NCBI GenBank assembly: GCA_964057225.1
Contig: OZ059897.1
Location: forward strand, 22,692,001-22,756,000
Direction of reading: 5' to 3'
DNA length: 64,000 nucleotides
Source of the DNA: Auanema rhodensis
Taxonomy: Eukaryota; Animalia; Nematoda
Shown here piece after piece: positions 26,401 to 42,600 of the stretch (within the stretch, counting starts at the first letter, position 1; each line of letters begins with the position of its first letter). Under the pieces are notes generated by a model. It made no database searches and was not told where the DNA came from. It saw nothing but the letters and a program-made list of their open reading frames with translations. The position numbers and the translations under genes were made by a program.

Positions 26401-29392
26401 ACTAATATGGACATGGGGAATCTAATTTTGAAAACCGCATCTCTTTATCTTTCACGTGAAGCGAGTTACATACCAAGTGCACATCACGTGTACATTTAAT
26501 TAGCATAAATTAAAGTTCACGTAAATTTCAAAGTCATGGTTACCATGAAGCAATATCAATAAAAATTTGTTTTTAGACTAATATGGACATGGGGAATCTA
26601 ATTTTGAAAACCGCATCTCTTTATCTTTCACGTGAAGTGAGTTACATACCAAGTGCACATCACGTGTACATTTAATTAGCATAAATTAAAGTTCACGTAA
26701 ATTTCAAAGTCATGGTTACCATGAACCAATATCAATAAAAATTTGTTTTTAGACTAATATGGACATGGGGAATCTAATTTTGAAAACCGCATCTCTTTAT
26801 CTTTCACGTGAAGCGAGTTACATACCAAGTGCACATCACGTGTACATTTAATTAGCATAAATTAAAGTTCACGTAAATTTCAAAGTCATGGTTACCATGA
26901 ACCAATATCAATAAAAATTTGTTTTTAGACTAATATGGACATGGGGAATCTAATTTTGAAAACCGCATCTCTTTATCTTTCACGTGAAGCGAGTTACATA
27001 CCAAGTGCACATCACGTGTACATTTAATTAGCATAAATTAAAGTTCACGTAAATTTCAAAGTCATGGTTACCATGAAGCAATATCAATAAAAATTTGTTT
27101 TTAGACTAATATGGACATGGGGAATCTAATTTTGAAAACCGCATCTCTTTATCTTTCACGTGAAGTGAGTTACATACCAAGTGCACATCACGTGTACATT
27201 TAATTAGCATAAATTAAAGTTCACGTAAATTTCAAAGTCATGGTTACCATGCACCAATATCAATAAAAATTTGTTTTTAGACTAATATGGACATGGGGAA
27301 TCTAATTTTGAAAACCGCATCTCTTTATCTTTCACGTGAAGCGAGTTACATACCAAGTGCATATCACGTGTACATTTAATTAGCATAAATTAAAGTTCAC
27401 GTAAATTTCAAAGTCATGGTTACCATGAACCAATATCAATAAAAATTTGTTTTTAGACTAATATGGACATGGGGAATCTAATTTTGAAAACCGCATCTCT
27501 TTATCTTTCACGTGAAGCGAGTTACATACCAAGTGCACATCACGTGTACATTTAATTAGCATAAATTAAAGTTCACGTAAATTTCAAAGTCATGGTTACC
27601 ATGAACCAATATCAATAAAAATTTGTTTTTAGACTAATATGGACATGGGGAATCTAATTTTGAAAACCGCATCTCTTTATCTTTCACGTGAAGCGAGTTA
27701 CATACCAAGTGCACATCACGTGTACATTTAATTAGCATAAATTAAAGTTCACGTAAATTTCAAAGTCATGGTTACCATGAACCAATATCAATAAAAATTT
27801 GTTTTTAGACTAATATGGACATGGGGAATCTAATTTTGAAAACCGCATCTCTTTATCTTTCACGTGAAGCGAGTTACATACCAAGTGCACATCACGTGTA
27901 CATTTAATTAGCATAAATTAAAGTTCACGTAAATTTCAAAGTCATGGTTACCATGCACCAATATCAATAAAAATTTGTTTTTAGACTAATATGGACATGG
28001 GGAATCTAATTTTGAAAACCGCATCTCTTTATCTTTCACGTGAAGCGAGTTACATACCAAGTGCACATCACGTGTACATTTAATTAGCATAAATTAAAGT
28101 TCACGTAAATTTCAAAGTCATGGTTACCATGAACCAATATCAATAAAAATTTGTTTTTAGACTAATATGGACATGGGGAATCTAATTTTGAAAACCGCAT
28201 CTCTTTATCTTTCACGTGAAGCGAGTTACATACCAAGTGCACATCACGTGTACATTTAATTAGCATAAATTAAAGTTCACGTAAATTTCAAAGTCATGGT
28301 TACCATGCACCAATATCAATAAAAATTTGTTTTTAGACTAATATGGACATGGGGAATCTAATTTTGAAAACCGCATCTCTTTATCTTTCACGTGAAGCGA
28401 GTTACATACCAAGTGCACATCACGTGTACATTTAATTAGCATAAATTAAAGTTCACGTAAATTTCAAAGTCATGGTTACCATGAACCAATATCAATAAAA
28501 ATTTGTTTTTAGACTAATATGGACATGGGGAATCTAATTTTGAAAACCGCATCTCTTTATCTTTCACGTGAAGCGAGTTACATACCAAGTGCACATCACG
28601 TGTACATTTAATTAGCATAAATTAAAGTTCACGTGAATTTCAAAGTCATGGTTACCATGAAGCAATATCAATAAAAATTTGTTTTTAGACTAATATGGAC
28701 ATGGGGAATCTAATTTTGAAAACCGCATCTCTTTATCTTTCACGTGAAGCGAGTTACATACCAAGTGCACATCACGTGTACATTTAATTAGCATAAATTA
28801 AAGTTCACGTAAATTTCAAAGTCATGGTTACCATGAACCAATATCAATAAAAATTTGTTTTTAGACTAATATGGACATGGGGAATCTAATTTTGAAAACC
28901 GCATCTCTTTATCTTTCACGTGAAGCGAGTTACATACCAAGTGCACATCACGTGTACATTTAATTAGCATAAATTAAAGTTTACGTAAATTTCAAAGTCA
29001 TGGTTACCATGAAGCAATATCAATAAAAATTTGTTTTTAGACTAATATGGACATGGGGAATCTAATTTTGAAAACCGCATCTCTTTATCTTTCACGTGAA
29101 GCGAGTTACATACCAAGTGCACATCACGTGTACATTTAATTAGCATAAATTAAAGTTCACGTAAATTTCAAAGTCATGGTTACCATGAACCAATATCAAT
29201 AAAAATTTGTTTTTAGACTAATATGGACATGGGGAATCTAATTTTGAAAACCGCATCTCTTTATCTTTCACGTGAAGCGAGTTACATACCAAGTGCACAT
29301 CACGTGTACATTTAATTAGCATAAATTAAAGTTCACGTAAATTTCAAAGTCATGGTTACCATGCACCAATATCAATAAAAATTTGTTTTTAG
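20417..29392 (+). repeat. Copy A of a large intra-array segmental duplication (M117-167)
   Basis: Ordered rare markers A136T, G18C, T27G+C38A, A47G+A75G, C69G, G90C+C93A+T122A, T137C, T146C, A161T, C62T, C82T, C118T recur in the same order in 33617-46464. Confidence 0.85.
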
Positions 29393-32300
29393 ACTAATAT
29401 GGACATGGGGAATCTAATTTTGAAAACCGCATCTCTTTATCTTTCACGTGAAGCGAGTTACATACCAAGTGCACATCACGTGTACATTTAATTAGCATAA
29501 ATTAAAGTTCACGTAAATTTCAAAGTCATGGTTACCATGCACCAATATCAATAAAAATTTGTTTTTAGACTAATATGGACATGGGGAATCTAATTTTGAA
29601 AACCGCATCTCTTTATCTTTCACGTGAAGCGAGTTACATACCAAGTGCACATCACGTGTACATTTAATTAGCATAAATTAAAGTTCACGTAAATTTCAAA
29701 GTCATGGTTACCATGAAGCAATATCAATAAAAATTTGTTTTTAGACTAATATGGACATGGGGAATCTAATTTTGAAAACCGCATCTCTTTATCTTTCACG
29801 TGAAGCGAGTTACATACCAAGTGCACATCACGTGTACATTTAATTAGCATAAATTAAAGTTCACGTAAATTTCAAAGTCATGGTTACCATGAACCAATAT
29901 CAATAAAAATTTGTTTTTAGACTAATATGGACATGGGGAATCTAATTTTGGAAACCGCATCTCTTTATCTTTCACGTGAAGCGAGTTACATACCAAGTGC
30001 ACATCACGTGTACATTTAATTAGCATAAATTAAAGTTCACGTAAATTTCAAAGTCATGGTTACCATGAACCAATATCAATAAAAATTTGTTTTTAGACTA
30101 ATATGGACATGGGGAATCTAATTTTGAAAACCGCATCTCTTTATCTTTCACGTGAAGCGAGTTACATACCAAGTGCACATCACGTGTACATTTAATTAGC
30201 ATAAATTAAAGTTTACGTAAATTTCAAAGTCATGGTTACCATGAAGCAATATCAATAAAAATTTGTTTTTAGACTAATATGGACATGGGGAATCTAATTT
30301 TGAAAACCGCATCTCTTTATCTTTCACGTGAAGCGAGTTACATACCAAGTGCACATCACGTGTACATTTAATTAGCATAAATTAAAGTTCACGTAAATTT
30401 CAAAGTCATGGTTACCATGAACCAATATCAATAAAAATTTGTTTTTAGACTAATATGGACATGGGGAATCTAATTTTGAAAACCGCATCTCTTTATCTTT
30501 CACGTGAAGCGAGTTACATACCAAGTGCACATCACGTGTACATTTAATTAGCATAAATTAAAGTTTACGTAAATTTCAAAGTCATGGTTACCATGAAGCA
30601 ATATCAATAAAAATTTGTTTTTAGACTAATATGGACATGGGGAATCTAATTTTGAAAACCGCATCTCTTTATCTTTCACGTGAAGCGAGTTACATACCAA
30701 GTGCACATCACGTGTACATTTAATTAGCATAAATTAAAGTTCACGTAAATTTCAAAGTCATGGTTACCATGAACCAATATCAATAAAAATTTGTTTTTAG
30801 ACTAATATGGACATGGGGAATCTAATTTTGAAAACCGCATCTCTTTATCTTTCACGTGAAGCGAGTTACATACCAAGTGCACATCACGTGTACATTTAAT
30901 TAGCATAAATTAAAGTTTACGTAAATTTCAAAGTCATGGTTACCATGAAGCAATATCAATAAAAATTTGTTTTTAGACTAATATGGACATGGGGAATCTA
31001 ATTTTGAAAACCGCATCTCTTTATCTTTCACGTGAAGCGAGTTACATACCAAGTGCACATCACGTGTACATTTAATTAGCATAAATTAAAGTTCACGTAA
31101 ATTTCAAAGTCATGGTTACCATGAACCAATATCAATAAAAATTTGTTTTTAGACTAATATGGACATGGGGAATCTAATTTTGAAAACCGCATCTCTTTAT
31201 CTTTCACGTGAAGCGAGTTACATACCAAGTGCACATCACGTGTACATTTAATTAGCATAAATTAAAGTTCACGTAAATTTCAAAGTCATGGTTACCATGA
31301 ACCAATATCAATAAAAATTTGTTTTTAGACTAATATGGACATGGGGAATCTAATTTTGAAAACCGCATCTCTTTATCTTTCACGTGAAGCGAGTTACATA
31401 CCAAGTGCACATCACGTGTACATTTAATTAGCATAAATTAAAGTTCACGTAAATTTCAAAGTCATGGTTACCATGAAGCAATATCAATAAAAATTTGTTT
31501 TTAGACTAATATGGACATGGGGAATCTAATTTTGAAAACCGAATCTCTTTATCTTTCACGTGAAGCGAGTTACATACCAAGTGCACATCACGTGTACATT
31601 TAATTAGCATAAATTAAAGTTCACGTAAATTTCAAAGTCATGGTTACCATGAAGCAATATCAATAAAAATTTGTTTTTAGACTAATATGGACATGGGGAA
31701 TCTAATTTTGAAAACCGCATCTCTTTATCTTTCACGTGAAGCGAGTTACATACCAAGTGCACATCACGTGTACATTTAATTAGCATAAATTAAAGTTCAC
31801 GTAAATTTCAAAGTCATGGTTACCATGAACCAATATCAATAAAAATTTGTTTTTAGACTAATATGGACATGGGGAATCTAATTTTGAAAACCGCATCTCT
31901 TTATCTTTCACGTGAAGCGAGTTACATACCAAGTGCACATCACGTGTACATTTAATTAGCATAAATTAAAGTTCACGTAAATTTCAAAGTCATGGTTACC
32001 ATGAACCAATATCAATAAAAATTTGTTTTTAGACTAATATGGTCATGGGGAATCTAATTTTGAAAACCGCATCTCTTTATCTTTCACGTGAAGCGAGTTA
32101 CATACCAAGTGCACATCACGTGTACATTTAATTAGCATAAATTAAAGTTCACGTAAATTTCAAAGTCATGGTTACCATGAAGCAATATCAATAAAAATTT
32201 GTTTTTAGACTAATATGGACATGGGGAATCTAATTTTGAAAACCGAATCTCTTTATCTTTCACGTGAAGCGAGTTACATACCAAGTGCACATCACGTGTA

Positions 32301-33616
32301 CATTTAATTAGCATAAATTAAAGTTCACGTAAATTTCAAAGTCATGGTTACCATGAACCAATATCAATAAAAATTTGTTTTTAGACTAATATGGACATGG
32401 GGAATCTAATTTTGAAAACCGCATCTCTTTATCTTTCACGTGAAGCGAGTTACATACCAAGTGCACATCACGTGTACATTTAATTAGCATAAATTAAAGT
32501 TCACGTAAATTTCAAAGTCATGGTTACCATGAAGCAATATCAATAAAAATTTGTTTTTAGACTAATATGGACATGGGGAATCTAATTTTGAAAACCGCAT
32601 CTCTTTATCTTTCACGTGAAGCGAGTTACATACCAAGTGCACATCACGTGTACATTTAATTAGCATAAATTAAAGTTCACGTAAATTTCAAAGTCATGGT
32701 TACCATGAACCAATATCAATAAAAATTTGTTTTTAGACTAATATGGACATGGGGAATCTAATTTTGAAAACCGCATCTCTTTATCTTTCACGTGAAGCGA
32801 GTTACATACCAAGTGCACATCACGTGTACATTTAATTAGCATAAATTAAAGTTCACGTAAATTTCAAAGTCATGGTTACCATGAACCAATATCAATAAAA
32901 ATTTGTTTTTAGACTAATATGGACATGGGGAATCTAATTTTGAAAACCGCATCTCTTTATCTTTCACGTGAAGCGAGTTACATACCAAGTGCACATCACG
33001 TGTACATTTAATTAGCATAAATTAAAGTTCACGTAAATTTCAAAGTCATGGTTACCATGAACCAATATCAATAAAAATTTGTTTTTAGACTAATATGGAC
33101 ATGGGGAATCTAATTTTGAAAACCGCATCTCTTTATCTTTCACGTGAAGCGAGTTACATACCAAGTGCACATCACGTGTACATTTAATTAGCATAAATTA
33201 AAGTTCACGTAAATTTCAAAGTCATGGTTACCATGAACCAATATCAATAAAAATTTGTTTTTAGACTAATATGGACATGGGGAATCTAATTTTGAAAACC
33301 GCATCTCTTTATCTTTCACGTGAAGCGAGTTACATACCAAGTGCACATCACGTGTACATTTAATTAGCATAAATTAAAGTTCACGTAAATTTCAAAGTCA
33401 TGGTTACCATGAAGCAATATCAATAAAAATTTGTTTTTAGACTAATATGGACATGGGGAATCTAATTTTGAAAACCGAATCTCTTTATCTTTCACGTGAA
33501 GCGAGTTACATACCAAGTGCACATCACGTGTACATTTAATTAGCATAAATTAAAGTTCACGTAAATTTCAAAGTCATGGTTACCATGAACCAATATCAAT
33601 AAAAATTTGTTTTTAG

Positions 33617-36600
33617 ACTAATATGGACATGGGGAATCTAATTTTGAAAACCGCATCTCTTTATCTTTCACGTGAAGCGAGTTACATACCAAGTGCACAT
33701 CACGTGTACATTTAATTAGCATAAATTAAAGTTCACGTAAATTTCAAAGTCTTGGTTACCATGCACCAATATCAATAAAAATTTGTTTTTAGACTAATAT
33801 GGACATGGGGAATCTAATTTTGAAAACCGCATCTCTTTATCTTTCACGTGAAGCGAGTTACATACCAAGTGCACATCACGTGTACATTTAATTAGCATAA
33901 ATTAAAGTTCACGTAAATTTCAAAGTCATGGTTACCATGAACCAATATCAATAAAAATTTGTTTTTAGACTAATATGGACATGGGCAATCTAATTTTGAA
34001 AACCGCATCTCTTTATCTTTCACGTGAAGCGAGTTACATACCAAGTGCACATCACGTGTACATTTAATTAGCATAAATTAAAGTTCACGTAAATTTCAAA
34101 GTCATGGTTACCATGCACCAATATCAATAAAAATTTGTTTTTAGACTAATATGGACATGGGGAATCTAATGTTGAAAACCGAATCTCTTTATCTTTCACG
34201 TGAAGCGAGTTACATACCAAGTGCACATCACGTGTACATTTAATTAGCATAAATTAAAGTTCACGTAAATTTCAAAGTCATGGTTACCATGAACCAATAT
34301 CAATAAAAATTTGTTTTTAGACTAATATGGACATGGGGAATCTAATTTTGAAAACCGCATCTCTTTGTCTTTCACGTGAAGCGAGTTACATACCGAGTGC
34401 ACATCACGTGTACATTTAATTAGCATAAATTAAAGTTCACGTAAATTTCAAAGTCATGGTTACCATGAACCAATATAAATAAAAATTTGTTTTTAGACTA
34501 ATATGGACATGGGGAATCTAATTTTGAAAACCGCATCTCTTCATCTTTCACGTGAAGCGAGTTACATACCAAGTGCACATCACGTGTACATTTAATTAGC
34601 ATAAATTAAAGTTCACGTAAATTTCAAAGTCATGGTTACCATGAACCAATATCAATAAAAATTTGTTTTTAGACTAATATGGACATGAGGAATCTAATTT
34701 TGAAAACCGCATCTCTTTATCTTTCACGTGAAGCGAGTTACATACCGAGTGCACATCACGTGTACATTTAATTAGCATAAATTAAAGTTCACGTAAATTT
34801 CAAAGTCATGGTTACCATGCACCAATATCAATAAAAATTTGTTTTTAGACTAATATGGACATGGGGAATCTAATTTTGAAAACCGCATCTCTTTGTCTTT
34901 CACGTGAAGCGAGTTACATACCGAGTGCACATCACGTGTACATTTAATTAGCATAAATTAAAGTTCACGTAAATTTCAAAGTCATGGTTACCATGCACCA
35001 ATATCAATAAAAATTTGTTTTTAGACTAATATGGACATGGGGAATCTAATGTTGAAAACCGAATCTCTTTATCTTTCACGTGAAGCGAGTTACATACCAA
35101 GTGCACATCACGTGTACATTTAATTAGCATAAATTAAAGTTCACGTAAATTTCAAAGTCATGGTTACCATGAACCAATATCAATAAAAATTTGTTTTTAG
35201 ACTAATATGGACATGGGGAATCTAATTTTGAAAACCGCATCTCTTTGTCTTTCACGTGAAGCGAGTTACATACCGAGTGCACATCACGTGTACATTTAAT
35301 TAGCATAAATTAAAGTTCACGTAAATTTCAAAGTCATGGTTACCATGAACCAATATCAATAAAAATTTGTTTTTAGACTAATATGGACATGGGGAATCTA
35401 ATTTTGAAAACCGCATCTCTTTGTCTTTCACGTGAAGCGAGTTACATACCGAGTGCACATCACGTGTACATTTAATTAGCATAAATTAAAGTTCACGTAA
35501 ATTTCAAAGTCATGGTTACCATGAACCAATATCAATAAAAATTTGTTTTTAGACTAATATGGACATGGGGAATCTAATTTTGAAAACCGCATCTCTTCAT
35601 CTTTCACGTGAAGCGAGTTACATACCAAGTGCACATCACGTGTACATTTAATTAGCATAAATTAAAGTTCACGTAAATTTCAAAGTCATGGTTACCATGA
35701 ACCAATATCAATAAAAATTTGTTTTTAGACTAATATGGACATGAGGAATCTAATTTTGAAAACCGCATCTCTTTATCTTTCACGTGAAGCGAGTTACATA
35801 CCGAGTGCACATCACGTGTACATTTAATTAGCATAAATTAAAGTTCACGTAAATTTCAAAGTCATGGTTACCATGCACCAATATCAATAAAAATTTGTTT
35901 TTAAACTAATATGGACATGAGGAATCTAATTTTGAAAACCGCATCTCTTTATCTTTCACGTGAAGCGAGTTACATACCGAGTGCACATCACGTGTACATT
36001 TAATTAGCATAAATTAAAGTTCACGTAAATTTCAAAGTCATGGTTACCATGCACCAATATCAATAAAAATTTGTTTTTAGACTAATATAGACATGGGGAA
36101 TCTAATTTTGAAAACCGCATCTCTTCATCTTTCACGTGAAGCGAGTTACATACCAAGTGCACATCACGTGTACATTTAATTAGCATAAATTAAAGTTCAC
36201 GTAAATTTCAAAGTCATGGTTACCATGAAGCAATATCAATAAAAATTTGTTTTTAGACTAATATGGACATGGGGAATCTAATTTTGAAAACCGAATCTCT
36301 TTATCTTTCACGTGAAGCGAGTTACATACCAAGTGCACATCACGTGTACATTTAATTAGCATAAATTAAAGTTCACGTAAATTTCAAAGTCATGGTTACC
36401 ATGAACCAATATCAATAAAAATTTGTTTTTAGACTAATATGGACATGGGGAATCTAATTTTGAAAACCGCATCTCTTTATCTTTCACGTGAAGCGAGTTA
36501 CATACCAAGTGCACATCACGTGTACATTTAATTAGCATAAATTAAAGTTCACGTAAATTTCAAAGTCTTGGTTACCATGCACCAATATCAATAAAAATTT

Positions 36601-39600
36601 GTTTTTAGACTAATATGGACATGGGGAATCTAATTTTGAAAACCGCATCTCTTTATCTTTCACGTGAAGCGAGTTACATACCAAGTGCACATCACGTGTA
36701 CATTTAATTAGCATAAATTAAAGTTCACGTAAATTTCAAAGTCATGGTTACCATGAACCAATATCAATAAAAATTTGTTTTTAGACTAATATGGACATGG
36801 GCAATCTAATTTTGAAAACCGCATCTCTTTATCTTTCACGTGAAGCGAGTTACATACCAAGTGCACATCACGTGTACATTTAATTAGCATAAATTAAAGT
36901 TCACGTAAATTTCAAAGTCTTGGTTACCATGCACCAATATCAATAAAAATTTGTTTTTAGACTAATATGGACATGGGGAATCTAATTTTGAAAACCGCAT
37001 CTCTTTGTCTTTCACGTGAAGCGAGTTACATACCGAGTGCACATCACGTGTACATTTAATTAGCATAAATTAAAGTTCACGTAAATTTCAAAGTCATGGT
37101 TACCATGCACCAATATCAATAAAAATTTGTTTTTAGACTAATATGGACATGGGGAATCTAATGTTGAAAACCGAATCTCTTTATCTTTCACGTGAAGCGA
37201 GTTACATACCAAGTGCACATCACGTGTACATTTAATTAGCATAAATTAAAGTTCACGTAAATTTCAAAGTCATGGTTACCATGAACCAATATCAATAAAA
37301 ATTTGTTTTTAGACTAATATGGACATGGGGAATCTAATTTTGGAAACCGCATCTCTTTGTCTTTCACGTGAAGCGAGTTACATACCGAGTGCACATCACG
37401 TGTACATTTAATTAGCATAAATTAAAGTTCACGTAAATTTCAAAGTCATGGTTACCATGAACCAATATCAATAAAAATTTGTTTTTAGACTAATATGGAC
37501 ATGGGGAATCTAATTTTGAAAACCGCATCTCTTCATCTTTCACGTGAAGCGAGTTACATACCAAGTGCACATCACGTGTACATTTAATTAGCATAAATTA
37601 AAGTTCACGTAAATTTCAAAGTCATGGTTACCATGAACCAATATCAATAAAAATTTGTTTTTAGACTAATATGGACATGAGGAATCTAATTTTGAAAACC
37701 GCATCTCTTTATCTTTCACGTGAAGCGAGTTACATACCGAGTGCACATCACGTGTACATTTAATTAGCATAAATTAAAGTTCACGTAAATTTCAAAGTCA
37801 TGGTTACCATGCACCAATATCAATAAAAATTTGTTTTTAAACTAATATGGACATGAGGAATCTAATTTTGAAAACCGCATCTCTTTATCTTTCACGTGAA
37901 GCGAGTTACATACCGAGTGCACATCACGTGTACATTTAATTAGCATAAATTAAAGTTCACGTAAATTTCAAAGTCATGGTTACCATGCACCAATATCAAT
38001 AAAAATTTGTTTTTAGACTAATATGGACATGGGGAATCTAATTTTGAAAACCGCATCTCTTCATCTTTCACGTGAAGCGAGTTACATACCAAGTGCACAT
38101 CACGTGTACATTTAATTAGCATAAATTAAAGTTCACGTAAATTTCAAAGTCATGGTTACCATGAAGCAATATCAATAAAAATTTGTTTTTAGACTAATAT
38201 GGACATGGGGAATCTAATTTTGAAAACCGAATCTCTTTATCTTTCACGTGAAGCGAGTTACATACCAAGTGCACATCACGTGTACATTTAATTAGCATAA
38301 ATTAAAGTTCACGTAAATTTCAAAGTCATGGTTACCATGCACCAATATCAATAAAAATTTGTTTTTAGACTAATATGGACATGGGGAATCTAATTTTGAA
38401 AACCGCATCTCTTCATCTTTCACGTGAAGCGAGTTACATACCAAGTGCACATCACGTGTACATTTAATTAGCATAAATTAAAGTTCACGTAAATTTCAAA
38501 GTCATGGTTACCATGCACCAATATCAATAAAAATTTGTTTTTAGACTAATATGGACATGGGGAATCTAATTTTGAAAACCGCATCTCTTTATCTTTCACG
38601 TGAAGCGAGTTAGATACCAAGTGCACATCACGTGTACATTTAATTAGCATAAATTAAAGTTCACGTAAATTTCAAAGTCATGGTTACCATGAACCAATAT
38701 CAATAAAAATTTGTTTTTAGACTAATATGGACATGGGCAATCTAATTTTGAAAACCGCATCTCTTTATCTTTCACGTGAAGCGAGTTACATACCAAGTGC
38801 ACATCACGTGTACATTTAATTAGCATAAATTAAAGTTCACGTAAATTTCAAAGTCATGGTTACCATGCACCAATATCAATAAAAATTTGTTTTTAGACTA
38901 ATATGGACATGGGGAATCTAATGTTGAAAACCGAATCTCTTTATCTTTCACGTGAAGCGAGTTACATACCAAGTGCACATCACGTGTACATTTAATTAGC
39001 ATAAATTAAAGTTCACGTAAATTTCAAAGTCATGGTTACCATGAACCAATATCAATAAAAATTTGTTTTTAGACTAATATGGACATGGGGAATCTAATTT
39101 TGAAAACCGCATCTCTTTGTCTTTCACGTGAAGCGAGTTACATACCGAGTGCACATCACGTGTACATTTAATTAGCATAAATTAAAGTTCACGTAAATTT
39201 CAAAGTCATGGTTACCATGAACCAATATCAATAAAAATTTGTTTTTAGACTAATATGGACATGGGGAATCTAATTTTGAAAACCGCATCTCTTCATCTTT
39301 CACGTGAAGCGAGTTACATACCAAGTGCACATCACGTGTACATTTAATTAGCATAAATTAAAGTTCACGTAAATTTCAAAGTCATGGTTACCATGAACCA
39401 ATATCAATAAAAATTTGTTTTTAGACTAATATGGACATGAGGAATCTAATTTTGAAAACCGCATCTCTTTATCTTTCACGTGAAGCGAGTTACATACCGA
39501 GTGCACATCACGTGTACATTTAATTAGCATAAATTAAAGTTCACGTAAATTTCAAAGTCATGGTTACCATGCACCAATATCAATAAAAATTTGTTTTTAA

Positions 39601-42600
39601 ACTAATATGGACATGAGGAATCTAATTTTGAAAACCGCATCTCTTTATCTTTCACGTGAAGCGAGTTACATACCGAGTGCACATCACGTGTACATTTAAT
39701 TAGCATAAATTAAAGTTCACGTAAATTTCAAAGTCATGGTTACCATGCACCAATATCAATAAAAATTTGTTTTTAGACTAATATGGACATGGGGAATCTA
39801 ATTTTGAAAACCGCATCTCTTCATCTTTCACGTGAAGCGAGTTACATACCAAGTGCACATCACGTGTACATTTAATTAGCATAAATTAAAGTTCACGTAA
39901 ATTTCAAAGTCATGGTTACCATGCACCAATATCAATAAAAATTTGTTTTTAGACTAATATGGACATGGGGAATCTAATTTTGAAAACCGCATCTCTTTAT
40001 CTTTCACGTGAAGCGAGTTAGATACCAAGTGCACATCACGTGTACATTTAATTAGCATAAATTAAAGTTCACGTAAATTTCAAAGTCATGGTTACCATGA
40101 ACCAATATCAATAAAAATTTGTTTTTAGACTAATATGGACATGGGGAATCTAATTTTGAAAACCGCATCTCTTTATCTTTCACGTGAAGCGAGTTACATA
40201 CCAAGTGCACATCACGTTTACAATTAATTAGCATAAATTAAAGTTCACGTAAATTTCAAAGTCATGGTTACCATGAACCAATATCAATAAAAATTTGTTT
40301 TTAGACTAATATGGACATGGGGAATCTTATTTTGAAAACCGCATCTCTTCATCTTTCACGTGAAGCGAGTTACATACAAAGTGCACATCACGTGTACATT
40401 TAATTAGCATAAATTAAAGTTCACGTAAATTTCAAAGTCATGGTTACCATGAACCAATATCAATAAAAATTTGTTTTTAGACTAATATGGACATGGGGAA
40501 TCAAATTTTGAAAACCGCATCTCTTTATCTTTCACGTGAAGCGAGTTACATACCAAGTGCACATCACGTGTACATTTAATTAGCATAAATTAAAGTTCAC
40601 GTAAATTTCAAAGTCATGGTTACCATGAACCAATATCAATAAAAATTTGTTTTTAGACTAATATGGACATGGGGAATCTAATTTTGAAAACCGCATCTCT
40701 TCATCTTTCACGTGAAGCGAGTTACATACCAAGTGCACATCACGTGTACATTTAATTAGCATAAATTAAAGTTCACGTAAATTTCAAAGTCATGGTTACC
40801 ATGAAGCAATATCAATAAAAATTTGTTTTTAGACTAATATGGACATGGGGAATCTAATGTTGAAAACCGCATCTCTTTATCTTTCACGTGAAGCGAGTTA
40901 CATACCAAGTGCACATCACGTGTACATTTAATTAGCATAAATTAAAGTTCACGTAAATTTCAAAGTCATGGTTACCATGCACCAATATCAATAAAAGTTT
41001 GTTTTTAGACTAATATGGACATGAGGAATCTAATTTTGAAAACCGCATCTCTTTATCTTTCACGTGAAGCGAGTTACATACCGAGTGCACATCACGTGTA
41101 CATTTAATTAGCATAAATTAAAGTTCACGTAAATTTCAAAGTCATGGTTACCATGCACCAATATCAATAAAAATTTGTTTTTAGACTAATATGGACATGG
41201 GGAATCTAATTTTGAAAACCGCATCTCTTCATCTTTCACGTGAAGCGAGTTACATACCAAGTGCACATCACGTCTAAATTTAATTAGCATAAATTAAAGT
41301 TCACGAAAATTTCAAAGTCATGGTTACCATGAACCAATATCAATAAAAATTTGTTTTTAGACTAATATGGACATGGGGAATCTAATTTTGAAAACCGCAT
41401 CTCTTTATCTTTCACGTGAAGCGAGTTACATACCAAGTGCACATCACGTGTACATTTAATTAGCATAAATTAAAGTTCACGTAAATTTCAAAGTCATGGT
41501 TACCATGCACCAATATCAATAAAAATTTGTTTTTAGACTAATATGGACATGGGGAATCTAATTTTGAAAACCGCATCTCTTTATCTTTCACGTGAAGCGA
41601 GTTACATACCAAGTGCACATCACGTGTACATTTAATTAGCATAAATTAAAGTTCACGTAAATTTCAAAGTCACGGTTACCATGAACCAATATCAATAAAA
41701 ATTTGTTTTTAGACTAATATGGACATGGGGAATCTAATTTTGAAAACCGCATCTCTTTATCTTTCACGTGAAGCGAGTTACATACCAAGTGCACATCACG
41801 TTTACAATTAATTAGCATAAATTAAAGTTCACGTAAATTTCAAAGTCATGGTTACCACGAACCAATATCAATAAAAATTTGTTTTTAGACTAATATGGAC
41901 ATGGGGAATCTAATTTTGAAAACCGCATCTCTTTATCTTTCACGTGAAGCGAGTTACATACCAAGTGCACATCACGTGTACATTTAATTAGCATAAATTA
42001 AAGTTCACGTAAATTTCAAAGTCATGGTTACCATGAACCAATATCAATAAAAATTTGTTTTTAGACTAATATGGACATGGGGAATCAAATTTTGAAAACC
42101 GCATCTCTTTATCTTTCACGTGAAGCGAGTTACATACCAAGTGCACATCACGTGTACATTTAATTAGCATAAATTAAAGTTCACGTAAATTTCAAAGTCA
42201 TGGTTACCATGAACCAATATCAATAAAAATTTGTTTTTAGACTAATATGGACATGGGGAATCTAATTTTGAAAACCGCATCTCTTCATCTTTCACGTGAA
42301 GCGAGTTACATACCAAGTGCACATCACGTGTACATTTAATTAGCATAAATTAAAGTTCACGTAAATTTCAAAGTCATGGTTACCATGAAGCAATATCAAT
42401 AAAAATTTGTTTTTAGACTAATATGGACATGGGGAATCTAATGTTGAAAACCGCATCTCTTTATCTTTCACGTGAAGCGAGTTACATACCAAATGCACAT
42501 CACGTGTACATTTAATTAGCATAAATTAAAGTTCACGTAAATTTCAAAGTCATGGTTACCATGCACCAATATCAATAAAAATTTGTTTTTAGACTAATAT

